From Nitrospirales bacterium (GTDB taxonomy: Bacteria > Nitrospirota > Nitrospiria > Nitrospirales > UBA8639): 64,000 nucleotides of DNA. Location of the stretch: positions 192,001 through 256,000 of the forward strand of contig CBDBCZ010000009.1 in the NCBI GenBank assembly GCA_965203295.1. The letters run 5' to 3'. The notes below the pieces were generated by a model. That model was not told the origin of the DNA, did not search any database, and saw nothing but the letters and a program-made list of their open reading frames with translations. Made by a program: the position numbers and the translations under genes. Shown piece by piece: positions 12,001-64,000 of the stretch (position 1 is the stretch's first letter; each line of letters starts with the position of its first letter).

Positions 12001-14023
12001 ATCCCTTTGTGATTCTGTTAGGACAGAGTAGACAGCCACTGAGACACAAGAACTATACAATAGTTTCAGCCCCCCTACTTCATAGAAGCAGGAAAGTAAA
12101 CAGCCCATCATCCATTATTTTGGTCCATTACCGTTACTACACTTGAAACATACAATAGGGTTAAAGAACAGTATCAAAATGAAACTCCAATCATTGCTCG
12201 ATGGTGGGTCAATTACTGCCATAATGATAGGCTGGTACCAAGAGCCTGATTATAGTGGAGACTAGCCTCGTCTCCAGTTTCACCCCTCCAAAAATCAAAG
12301 AAGATAAGGAAGTGTCTTATACTTTTCTCATATGCAGGGTTTTATTTGAGGGTGAGAGAATTTGCCCCTCCCCCCTTTGAAATTTAGGTTGCCAAAGCAC
12401 ATGTATTGTACGTTGGCTTCAAAGACATAAGTCTGTGGCAGCGAAGATTAGCTACAAGTGTTATGCCTTCCATGTCTATGAACTATAACCGTGTTCACCA
12501 CCTTTCTATCATTGAAGCCACATATAATAGCTCCACTGTCTTTCCAGCTTAAGGAGACATAGATAGTAGAATAGAAGGACCTTCTACTCTACTATCTGAG
12601 GTGGAGACTGGGAAAGAGGTTCAACAGTGCACAGTATAAATTTAAAAGTACCTTTCCTTTGTAGGCAACAGTTGCCCCTTTCTCCAGGAGTACTTGAACA
12701 ATGTGCGTCTTGTTCTCCTCACAGGCACACATCAAAGGAGAGAAACTCTACATATTAAAAGGAATTACTATCATGCTGACCCAAACTGAATTGCAAATTA
12801 ATAAAATCTTAGGCCACACCAAATTGATTGAATGTTTCACTGGTAGCCTCATTCCCAGGCCACATATTTAGGGTTACACTTAACCCTTAAACTTAACCTT
12901 AATGCAAGGTCTGGGAACAAAGCTAGTTTCATGAACAAGTGGGAGCCAAAACAAGACCCAGCCGGCACCATAGATAGCAGAGTAGAAGGACCTTCTACTC
13001 TACTATCTATGCTGACACTAAGTAAAAATATGTTCTGTCCGAAATCTTTGAACAGCAAACACTACAGGCTTCTTTTTAGACAGACGAAACAATATGGGTA
13101 GTAGCACACTACTAGGGCAATATGGCTATTTAAAATGGAAAATTACAAAAAACAAAATGAACCTGCCAGATCCGTGTGAAACATGAAAACAATTTGGTGT
13201 GGCCATACAAGTATGGCTAGATATGGGTGCAAGCAGCTGATGAGAATAAGGTGCTATTCTGCAACAGACAAGCAAGAATCAGCCAGCTACGACTTCTAGG
13301 GGAGAACAGCTATAGCTAGTAAGCTGCTTAAAACGTCTTTACACGGGATCACCTGAAAAGAGTGGCATCGTGAAAAATATGTTGCCTAACCCTGGCCATT
13401 ACCCTACCCTAAACTTCGCAAAAGTGTCATTTTTGTGGTGCCGTTCTTTTCAGGTGATCCTTTACACTTGCATTGCTAGTTTCCCACTGCCTGGATAATG
13501 TACAGACTCAGCTGGCTTGTATGCATGGCCTCATTCCCAGGAGAATGAGGCTATAGCTATAACAGGTAGAACAGGCTCCCTTTGAATGGTTGGAAGACTG
13601 GAAGTACTGATCTGAGTAAAATTGACAGACTATAGACACCCCCCCCCCCCCCCCCCCCCCTCCCCCTCCCCCCCAAACCCCTTCACTGACCTGATCGTCA
13701 ACATGGGAGAAATCCAACAGCTTCAGATGTTTCCATCGCTTCAACATTTCATCTGCAGCTATTTCTATCGGTTTCTGATAGCCGTTACGAACCGCTAGGT
13801 ACACATTTTCCTGTAAGTGGGAGATCAACTTACCCACCCTTCGGTCAACTTTAGGCTGCGGGTTCAAAGCGCGTTGTCGACGGAGTTTGCGACGATGACT
13901 GCGTCGTCTTTGTCGATCAAGGCTTCGCAAAACTTCACTGAGCATGTCAAGGTCTATGTCCATGCCTTGCCATATTGCTAGCGCGTCATCATCCGTTAAC
14001 GCGGCGTCCGGCCCCTCAGCCAT
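6077..14023 (-). CDS. Roco-family protein: ankyrin repeats + ROC GTPase + COR (multi-exon; 3' end uncertain)
   Basis: Exon 1 14023-13691; ankyrin exons 12747-12652 (FSPLMCACEEN), 12014-11868 (NPIHVACRNG), ~11804-11700 (WTPLMVAVKYG), ~11625-11488, ~11422-11312, ~11255-10992, ~10924-10819 (GDTALHIA); ROC exon 10601-9056 with GEERVGKTS, STCGID, DFAGQ, VGTHK; COR motifs PIIWLRFE, LRFFHDTG, LLDPKWL, LVPCMLP, FLPAEIFHRL. The C-terminal small exons end either at TAA 6744 or, via a GC donor at 6785, at 6077. Confidence 0.85.
7286..7651. mobile_element. MITE with TAGCCTCGTTCCCA TIRs and 9-bp TSD (Academ-like)
   Basis: TIRs TAGCCTCGTTCCCAAGCCCGC / GCGGGCCTGGGAACGAGGCTA; TSD TTACCGCCA / TTACTGCCA; degenerate relative near 24515-24860. 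Confidence 0.8.
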
Positions 14024-14570
14024 GACTACATGTAGGCTGTATACATGTACTAGTGTCTAGTCTGGGTTTGGGTCCGTTACATTAGAACGCGGACCGGACC
14101 GATGGACTGGACTCCGGACCAGTTTGTAGAACTGAGTAGAACATGTACTATCAGTAATTGAATATTAATAGCTCATCCTCCCATGCAGATGGACAATTAA
14201 CTCTTTCCCAGCCAAGTTTTAATACATCCATAAGGCTAATGTGAATTTATATAGGTCCTTTTATATTAGGCGTTAATATAAAGTACATGTTTTTTCTATT
14301 TTATATGGGCACATAAATGTGCCCATGGCGTTCAAAGAGTTATTAATATGGAGTTGGGACTCTTCAGTAAATGTACGTACAGCTCATATCCTTTCTTATG
14401 TCGGTGTTAGCAATTCTTTGAACAACTATCTATTAGTACTGATGCTATTATCAAGCACGTTATCTGCTTGAACATTGGTGGAAGGACAAGAGTTACATGT
14501 ACATTCCACACTTCAACTCAATCCTGTACAGGCCACATGGCATGGCAAATTATATGATTGCAATTTGGGC

Positions 14571-14613
14571 TAGCCTTGTTCCCAGGCTGTGCAGAGGCCT
14601 GGGAATGAGGCTA
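14571..14613. mobile_element. 43-bp minimal TAG-TIR MITE
   Basis: TAGCCTTGTTCCCAGGC...GCCTGGGAATGAGGCTA flanked by AATTTGGGC/AATTTGGGT; absent from the paralogous block at ~3.6 kb. Confidence 0.75.
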
Positions 14614-15251
14614 AATTTGGGTAGGAATGTATAATTTGTTTAACACTACAGCAGTTCACATCTTCGCAGGGAGGGTCTGGGGCCAAAACTAACAACCCAC
14701 CTGTTAAGTGATTCTGTTGAGATGTGCTCAGTGGACACTCACATCAATCTGTCCAAGTATGAGCAACTTGGGAATACATTGCAATGGCACTTTACACACA
14801 CTGAAAACAAACTTCAGACCATTGGGGCAGCCAGGCATAAGTGAAAGAGAGCAGCAGATATATGTTTCATGCACACTGGCTAAATCACGTCTCAATCACA
14901 TACACATGCACTCACTTATGCTTACCCCATAATGCCCTATATCTTGGTATACGACTGCATGCGGATAGCAAGTGGGTTAATTCAATCCTGCCAGGCACAT
15001 TAATTTTCCCTCTCAATTGGCACTGTAACTTCCTGATTCTTGTTGTATGTTATTTATAATGAAACAAAAAACAAAATTAAAATGAAATGCACATAACTAC
15101 ATAAACAAAAATCAGCAGCCCCTCCCATGTGCATGTATTACTACTAGAGAGAGGGCAGGAGCCCAGAGTTGGCCATAAAACTAGGCATACACGCCTATAA
15201 ATATCATGCGATTTTGGACAGTAGCTTTGATTGTTTCAGCTTAGGAGAGGA

Positions 15252-22472
<7,221 letters not shown>

Positions 22473-22638
22473 CTTCAATACAATATACACGGATGGATGG
22501 TGTGTTCTTTTCAGAATAAATGACAACGTTGTGTTCCTTTGTGACGTCATCTCCGTGGTCCACGTGGTTGCTCGCCACATGCCTCCGGCTGGCTGGCTGG
22601 CTGTGCAGTAGGCTGCAGTTTTGAGGCAAGCACTGGAA
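22473..22638. promoter_or_regulatory. Probable bidirectional promoter between CDK5 and POLR1B
   Basis: Only 166 bp separate the divergent ATGs; contains CRE TGACGTCA (22542-22549) and E-box CCACGTGG (22560-22567). Confidence 0.7.
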
Positions 22639-57279
<34,641 letters not shown>

Positions 57280-58959
57280 GTCAGTGGGCGTGGCTCGTAT
57301 TCAACACGGACATCTTGAACTTGACTTGGAATCAAGAGATCAACTTGTTTGTTCACAGAGTACATGCGCTCTCTGTTCAAGGTCCCATGATAGTCATGGG
57401 TACTTGTCACTACTGCTGGTATTCTGGCCTACTCTTAACGTGGGTACAGATGGGACCAACTGCCGTATTGTATTACGTTATACAGAAACACAAATGAAAG
57501 ACACGAGTGGAAATGCGTATTACTATTAGCTAGCCAGATATAGCCATGTGTGTATAAAGCACATCAGTGGCTAGTCTTAAGATGTCTTTACATGTTTCAC
57601 ATCTGCCTGTCTGTCTTTTTATGCATCCGCACTTACCCCATGTGGAATATTATGTCATACTTTCATTTTTATTATGTAACTGCAGTCAACTAGTGGAGGT
57701 AATGAGGCATTACGTTGATTAGGTTTGAGATACTAATAATAAACTCCACATCATGTGTATATTATAGCCTTTGTAATCACATGCACCAACTATCAGTGGT
57801 TAAGTCTTCTGTTCGTTTGTGTGTCTGACATGGACGTGATGGTGACTAATGTATATTTGTACAAGATCAATAATACACAAGAAGAGTTATATACATTTCA
57901 AGCGGGCAGCTCACCTATAACCCCAACTATGACCTATATAGTCTCAGACGGAGACCTTCAGTATAAAATACTGCACATGATTGATATACAAAATGTCATG
58001 ACTGATGCACAATGCATGCGTAGAATCACACGGCGATTTGCACCTTCCCGCGGCTTTACGCGTATCACTCAGGAGGCGTTTGGAGCTGCAGATTGTTTGA
58101 AAGATGTAGGGATGGTAGCTACGCATTGCGCTGTGATGGTGTGGGTAGGATGTGCATGTATTGCGGTGTGCATTGTTGCTTGTTTCATTGGTTTTTGGGG
58201 AAGAGTATTTTGGTGGAAGTGGATCCCTACATGGCTAGTTTTTGCACTTTTTGGCAAAGTGCTTTTTCTGTAACTTTACATTATTTACTGTGGCTGGAGG
58301 TTGGAAAAGTGCATGTGATGGCTTTTTGCTTGACTATGTGTATGTTGAGGTACGTATATACTACTGGAGCTTGATGTCGGGAAAACACTGATTCAGGTGA
58401 TGGCTTTTCTGCTTACTGGAAGCATGGATCTGTAGAAGTAGATGAAATAAGCTCATATTACGTAAAACACCTTCTGAAAACAAAAATAGGGACCCTGTGC
58501 AGGAGACAAAAATCATCTCTGACGTAAGTACATGACTACATGTACATGTACATAAAAAACAATTTCTGACTATAAAAATAGGAGGGATCATGTGCGGGAC
58601 AATACCATCTCTGTTGTAAGTATAGTGTGTCTCAAAAGTCCTTGATCAAAACTCGCGAGTACATGCTCGTTGTCGAAGGCATTACGAGCAAGTGCAAGTT
58701 TCAATAGTGTCGCGTTAGACGCTTTACTCGCATGTGCGTGGATGCGCTACTGCTTATTAGCGCTCGCTAGTGTTGCAAATTATATACTATATATGCCCGA
58801 TTAAGCAGACAAAATTTGAGTGGACAAAAAGGCGAGAATTGAGCGGACAAAAAAGTGAGAATACGCGCTGTTACGCATACACACAAAATACGCTTAGAGA
58901 TGGTATGTATTGTTTATGTAGCCATGCATGTATGTAATCGACTTATAAGTATTTTCCAA

Positions 58960-59130
58960 ACTATAATTGGCATTTACATCTCTCATCCTCTGAAAATACA
59001 GCCTTAATTGACAAGTTTTGCAGCGAAATTCTTCCTGGAATTAGCATTTCGCTTTATTACAAGGATTTCTGCGTCCAGCAGTATCTCCCGCCCATCCCAC
59101 CTTTTTAGAGGAGTTGCCTTCATACCGTAC
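58960..59130 (-). pseudogene. Second BEN-domain fragment
   Basis: KRNANSRKNFAAKLV..AVFSEDER resembles the BEN N-terminal motif; frameshifted and truncated. Confidence 0.45.
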
Positions 59131-60587
59131 ACAATATTGATCGTGAAGCTTTGCAGTGGTGGTAGTCGCGGCAGTCTCAACAACAGTAGCTGACAGTGGT
59201 TCGTCTACGCCTGTCCTACCGCATGAAGACTTGGAGCCTTCCATGGGCCCAAGCGGGAGCGATGTCATACCTCACCCCTGCTGTCGAGACCAGAGAAACA
59301 GCAACTAGCAAACAGCAACTAGCACAATGTAGTTCCACGTGGCACGTACTCGTGACAAGTGCGCGCGCGTCGTGAACTCATGGAGTGCGCGACGCAAACT
59401 TTTCGCCACAAATGCCACAAACACGTACACTTCGCAAACGGTTCGCAACTAATTAATGCCACGAACGCTTCACGTCACTCTTCGCGACAAGAGGGCATTC
59501 GCGAACACTTCGTGAGCATCTCACAAAGTTTTTTTTTGCAACATACTGTATTTGTTTCCATTCCGGCAACAGCCATATTTCCCAAACACTCAACAAACTG
59601 ATATAGACTTTTTATCACTATTTTTTTCATAATTTCGTAGCAGACGGTAAGGCACAAACCCACAGGCATAGCGCATGGCATTTGCTTTCTCTTTCAATAT
59701 GACAGTACTTTGTCTAGTGGTACTACATTTCATGTTCAATGAACAAGGACTCCAGAAGATGCTGATTTACGCTTTGCAGCAGCAGTGGGTTCACATGAGG
59801 TAGATCTTCAGCTTTCAAAAAATCATACCAAAGCTGCGGCAGGGTAGAAATTCTTAGTTGATGAAACTGTGACCACACCTTCACCCTCTTGGTACGATGT
59901 AGTGGATTTACTAGAACTGCTAAAAGTAGACTTCAAGATGGTTAAAAGTCGTTCACTGAAACTAATACTTGTACTGTTTTCCCCCTTCATCACTTCCAGA
60001 AGCTTTTCACCTATCCCGTTGGATAACTTTTGGCACTCTCACCTTCAATAAATAAGTCCTGCCTTGCCAAGACTTTCGCCATTGCGAATAGATACTAAAA
60101 AAGTCATGGATTCTCTTTGCAGTTCGCGCCAGTCTCGCGCGCCGCTACAGCGGTGATGTCATTATAAGCTACCATAATGCTGATCAGAAGGGTTAAATTA
60201 CTGTTTCCAATCCCGTTTTGGTTATTGTATCTATTCTATAACCGGTAATACGGCACGGTAGCCATGGCTGCCGATCGAGATAAGTGTCCAAAACTGCCTG
60301 AAGACATCGTAAGTTTGATTTGTCGCCGCTTGTGTAGCTGCCCAAGGTTGTATCAACTTCCTCAGTCCTTGGTAGGCTTCACGATGTCTTCAAATGACCG
60401 TGAAATCCGGGATGGTCGACAAAGTCAGCTGTGTTCAGCTTGTTACTTGTATTAACAGTTTTGTGTATGCTTGTTAAGCTTATTTGAAGTTTTATGGAGT
60501 TTATTTAACTTCTCAACAGAACAGGTACGGGTACAGAAACAAACAGTGCAAGAAGTGGAAGAGTCCCCGGGATCCGCAGGCTCAGTC

Positions 60588-63462
60588 TAGTCTCGTGCCC
60601 AGACACCCATGCTCTTCCGGTGAATAGGTGTCTGGTAGCTTGAGTTAAATTTCTTGTCACAGAGGCGTGTCCTGCGAACGCGAGAGCGTTAATAATTGAA
60701 AAGCGTTTGTACGCGAAGAATGCAATCGCATCATCAGCGGTCCCTAGGATGAGCGTTCCTTGTTGTGCTATTTGCAAGGAGTCTGTACCTTCGTGTAAGC
60801 AGCGACGTTCCCTAAACCCTGAAGCTTCAGCTGACAATAAGAGAGTGGTTGACTTTTTTGTCTCATTTGTCAATCCGGATCTTCAACCTGCCGCTCCGAC
60901 GGTAGATGGCGTAGTACAGTACCTGTACTGCTGTAAGGCATGCTTTTCGAAAGCAGAAAGGGCCGAAAAGTCGCTAGCAGCTGCGCAAAGGATGCCAAAT
61001 GAGCTGCGAAGCAAGTTTCCCCTACCGCCTGTGTCTCAATTATTGCCCACTGTGCATGTGGGCATGGATGAGCAAACGCCTCGAAGTAAGCCCAGTGAAC
61101 CCGAAGAGCCTGCTGTTACACCAGGCAGTTCTCGCCGTGCTAAGAGGAGCAGGATCCAGGATAGCTATGTACAGGGACCGCAGGCAAAGAAGAAAAGGTA
61201 TTGCAGCCGAGAGACTTTGCAGTTTTCACCTCGGCCTGGGCCTTCTCAGCAGGTTCTTGCAAGCCCTCGTGTTCAGGTAATTAAATTCTCATCCTTCTGT
61301 GCAACTAGCATGATGTTTACTTTTTTTGTTGCAGGTTACTGTCTCAGGGGCCAATCGACCGCTACCTTTTCAAGTTCCGAGCAAGTTCAAGAGATTGGTG
61401 CAGTCAACTCGGTATAAGAAGAGTCCATATACAGCACGTACAGCTATGCGAACGCCAGGCCGCCATCTGCGAGTTCTAAAAGGATTACCAAGAAGATCAC
61501 GAAGGAGAGTGCCAAAATTAGTTCTAGGAAGCATAACAGCTATCTGAGACTGTCCCTCGAGAAACTTAAGAGTTTCAGTTGGAAGTCGTGGGAATGTGAG
61601 TTGAAAGAACATGCTCCCACACTCTTTTCCGTACTCAAAGCTGTTTGCTCATCCCGATCTTCGGAAAATAATTCAAGGATTGTTGGAATGGCAGCTGCAG
61701 TTTTGTTGAAAGGTCGAAACAAACATCTCACTTTGCCTCAGGGTGTCATATCCACTATCATGTATGCTGGACACAGCTCCAAGATGGTGAGCAAATATGT
61801 ATTAGTCTCTTACTCCTGCTAAATATTACTGGTTCCAATTGGGCTGTCTGGAATGGTGGAATGGAGTAGTGCTAATTACTGAAGCATACAAAAGCACAGC
61901 AGGGAGAAAAAGTTTTCTGCCAGATTTATGTACCAATCTATAGAGATGCAGGACATGTGAAAAAGTTTATTTGCTACTCTAGGGCTCAGGCTCACCCCAG
62001 TGTCGCTTTTAATGCACAAATACAGGTCACTCAATCATCCATCCCATTATTCTCGTTTTGGATTCCAGACAACTCAAATAGTTTGTTTGGGCTAGATATT
62101 ATTGTTCTATTTTATTCACCCATAATAGGCATTGAAGAAATTGAATAAACTTGGTTTGTGTCTTAGCCACTGCAAGACTACTAGACTTATTCGAGAGCTT
62201 GGTGATGGTTATGATAACCATGCACTGGAGTGGAAGGAGAGTGCCGAAGTCAGGAGCCGTGAGCGCCATCGAAGGTCCAGGAGCCACGAGCGCCATCGAA
62301 GGTCCAGGAGCCGCGAGCACCATCGAAGGTCCAGGAGCCGCGAACACCATCGAAGGTCCAGGAGCCGCGAACACCGTCAAAGGTCCAGGAGCCGCGAACA
62401 CCGTCGAAGGTCCAGGAGCCGCGAACACCGTCGAAGGTCCAGGAGCCACGAGAGCAGTCGAAGGTCCAGGAGCCGCGAACACCGTCGAAGGTCCAGGAGC
62501 CGCGAACACCGTCGAAGGTCCAGGAGCTGCGAACACCGTCGAAGGTCCAGGAGCCGCGAACACCATCGAGCCGCGAACACCGTCGAAGGTCCAGGAGCCA
62601 CGAGCGCCATCCAAGGTCCAGGAGCTGCGAACACCGTCGAAGGTCCAGGAGCCGCGAACACCGTCGAAGGTCCAGGAGCCGCGAACACCGTCGAAGGTCC
62701 AGAAGCCGCGAACACCGTCGAAGGTCCAGGAGCCACGAGAGCAGTCGAAGGTCCAGGAGCCGCGAACACCGTCGAAGGTCCAGGAGCCGCGAACACCGTC
62801 GAAGGTCCAGGAGCCGCGAACACCATCGAAGGTCCAGGAGCCGCGAACACCATCGAAGGTCCAGGAGCCGCGAACACCGTCGAAGGTCCAGGAGCCGCGA
62901 ACACCATCGAAGGTCCAGGAGCCGCGAACACCGTCGAAGGTCCAGGAGCCGCGAACACCGTCGAAGGTCCAGGAGCCGCGAACACCGTTGAAGGTCCAGG
63001 AGCCGCGAGTGTGAAGGATTGGGGAACTCGAGCACCAGCAGTGACGAGAGCCAGGAGACCCAGAGTGAAAAGAGTACAACTAGTTCAAGGAGCCAGACTA
63101 GCCAAGAAACTCTGGAGAGCCAGGAGGAAAACAGGATTTCACCGTCACAATCTGGTGTGTTAACTTTCCATAAGCAAAAATTGGTATAGTATTTCATGGA
63201 CAACATGTTATATTGATGTAAAACTATTCTTACTAAGTCACAATTTTTTTTTCAGGTCAGGAATGTGGCAGGCAAGCTCAGCCAGCTCAAGTTCCATCCT
63301 ACATTGTGATAGGGGATAATATCGACAAGAGCATTAACCCTCTCTTCTAGGACGGGTAGTCATCAAGAAGTTGCCATTCTTTCTGAAGTTCAAAGACTGT
63401 ATAGTCGAACACATTGTGCATGAGCATTCAGCTGAAATGAAGGAAAAGTCTACTGTGGTAAG
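60588..63462 (+). mobile_element. DUF6589-type (Academ/AcademH-like) transposon 5' part with a spliced, disrupted transposase
   Basis: Left terminus TAGTCTCGTGCCCAGAC; ATG 60749 with CAIC..CKAC zinc finger; SFSW..ELKEHAPTLF, LNKLGLCLSH, VIGDNIDK, HEHSAEMKEKS motifs; GT-AG introns. Confidence 0.6.
62250..63010 (+). repeat. 27-bp coding minisatellite within the DUF6589-type gene
   Basis: Unit GAAGGTCCAGGAGCCGCGAACACCGTC, about 28 copies, with one partial unit near 62565. Confidence 0.95.
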
Positions 63463-64000
63463 TAGTGCTGCAACGAATGTTCGAACGTTCGAAGGTAACG
63501 CTAGGTTTAACCACCTTCGGAGGCTAATTTGTACCTTCGAACCTTTGCTGCCACACCCTCGAATGATTGCGCATGCGCAGCACGAGCGCAGATCCACGAG
63601 GCTAGCTATGGCGAGTTCTGCGTGTGGTTCTAGTTCTAGTGGAGGTGATGGTAGCGGTAGCCGTAGCAGTAGCGGTAGCAGTAGCGGTAGCAGTAGCGGT
63701 AGGGTGCCTTCAGATGTTTGGAAGTTTTTTGAGAAGCAAAAGGAGACCAAGAAAGCCAAGTGCACCTTGTGTTGTAAGGAACTTGCGTTCCATGGAGGGA
63801 CCTCGAACTTGCGAGATCATTTGCTGAAGGTTCACCCTCTGTCATACCGCAAACCTGAAACCAGGTCCAGGGTACAACTTGGAGCTCTCGACAGCTTTGT
63901 TAAGCCGAGGCAGTGCTCCGAAGCACGCTCGAGGGAGATAACGCAGCGCATAGCACACATGCTAGCCCTCGACTTGAGGCCACTGCGCACAGTGGAGTGT
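63463..64000 (+). mobile_element. hAT transposon 5' end with ZBED1-like transposase (ORF 63608 to window end)
   Basis: Terminus TAGTGCTGCAACGA; BED finger SDVWKFF..AKCTLC..GGTSNLRDHLLKVHP followed by ALDLRPLRTVE. Confidence 0.85.

Noticed and set aside
62099..63206. Multiple long overlapping ORFs on both strands
   Set aside because: Artefact of a stop-free 27-bp repeat; the same applies to 48440-49650.

Overview
Eukaryotic (animal) genomic DNA with short spliceosomal exons. Gene and transposon content is most consistent with an early-branching metazoan such as a demosponge (inference). Three host genes are present: (1) a minus-strand ankyrin-ROC-COR (Roco) GTPase gene (~6.1-14.0 kb); (2) a complete 11-exon CDK5 (minus, 15252-22472) containing an intronic tRNA-Glu(TTC) and a U12-type AT-AC intron; (3) POLR1B (RNA polymerase I second-largest subunit; plus strand, head-to-head with CDK5, 12 exons 22639-57279, continuing past the window). 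A diverged copy of the CDK5 3' end plus the Roco upstream region sits at ~3.2-5.0 kb, so the Roco gene is flanked by direct repeats. POLR1B introns hold nested, mostly decayed transposons: Tc1, pogo, piggyBac, hAT, Crypton-like, DIRS-like, Helentron-type HINEs, CRE-like and other non-LTR fragments, SWIM-YqaJ and Ulp1 remnants, and a DUF6589/Academ-like element. The most novel-looking signal is a pogo DD35D element whose TIRs enclose a stand-alone HIRAN-domain gene tail-to-tail with the transposase. A Tc1 DD34E element has a parallel arrangement with a spliced BEN-domain gene, and a Crypton-like element has nested inverted repeats plus a perfect 26-bp terminal hairpin. All domain calls are by-eye motif recognition; no database searches were run.
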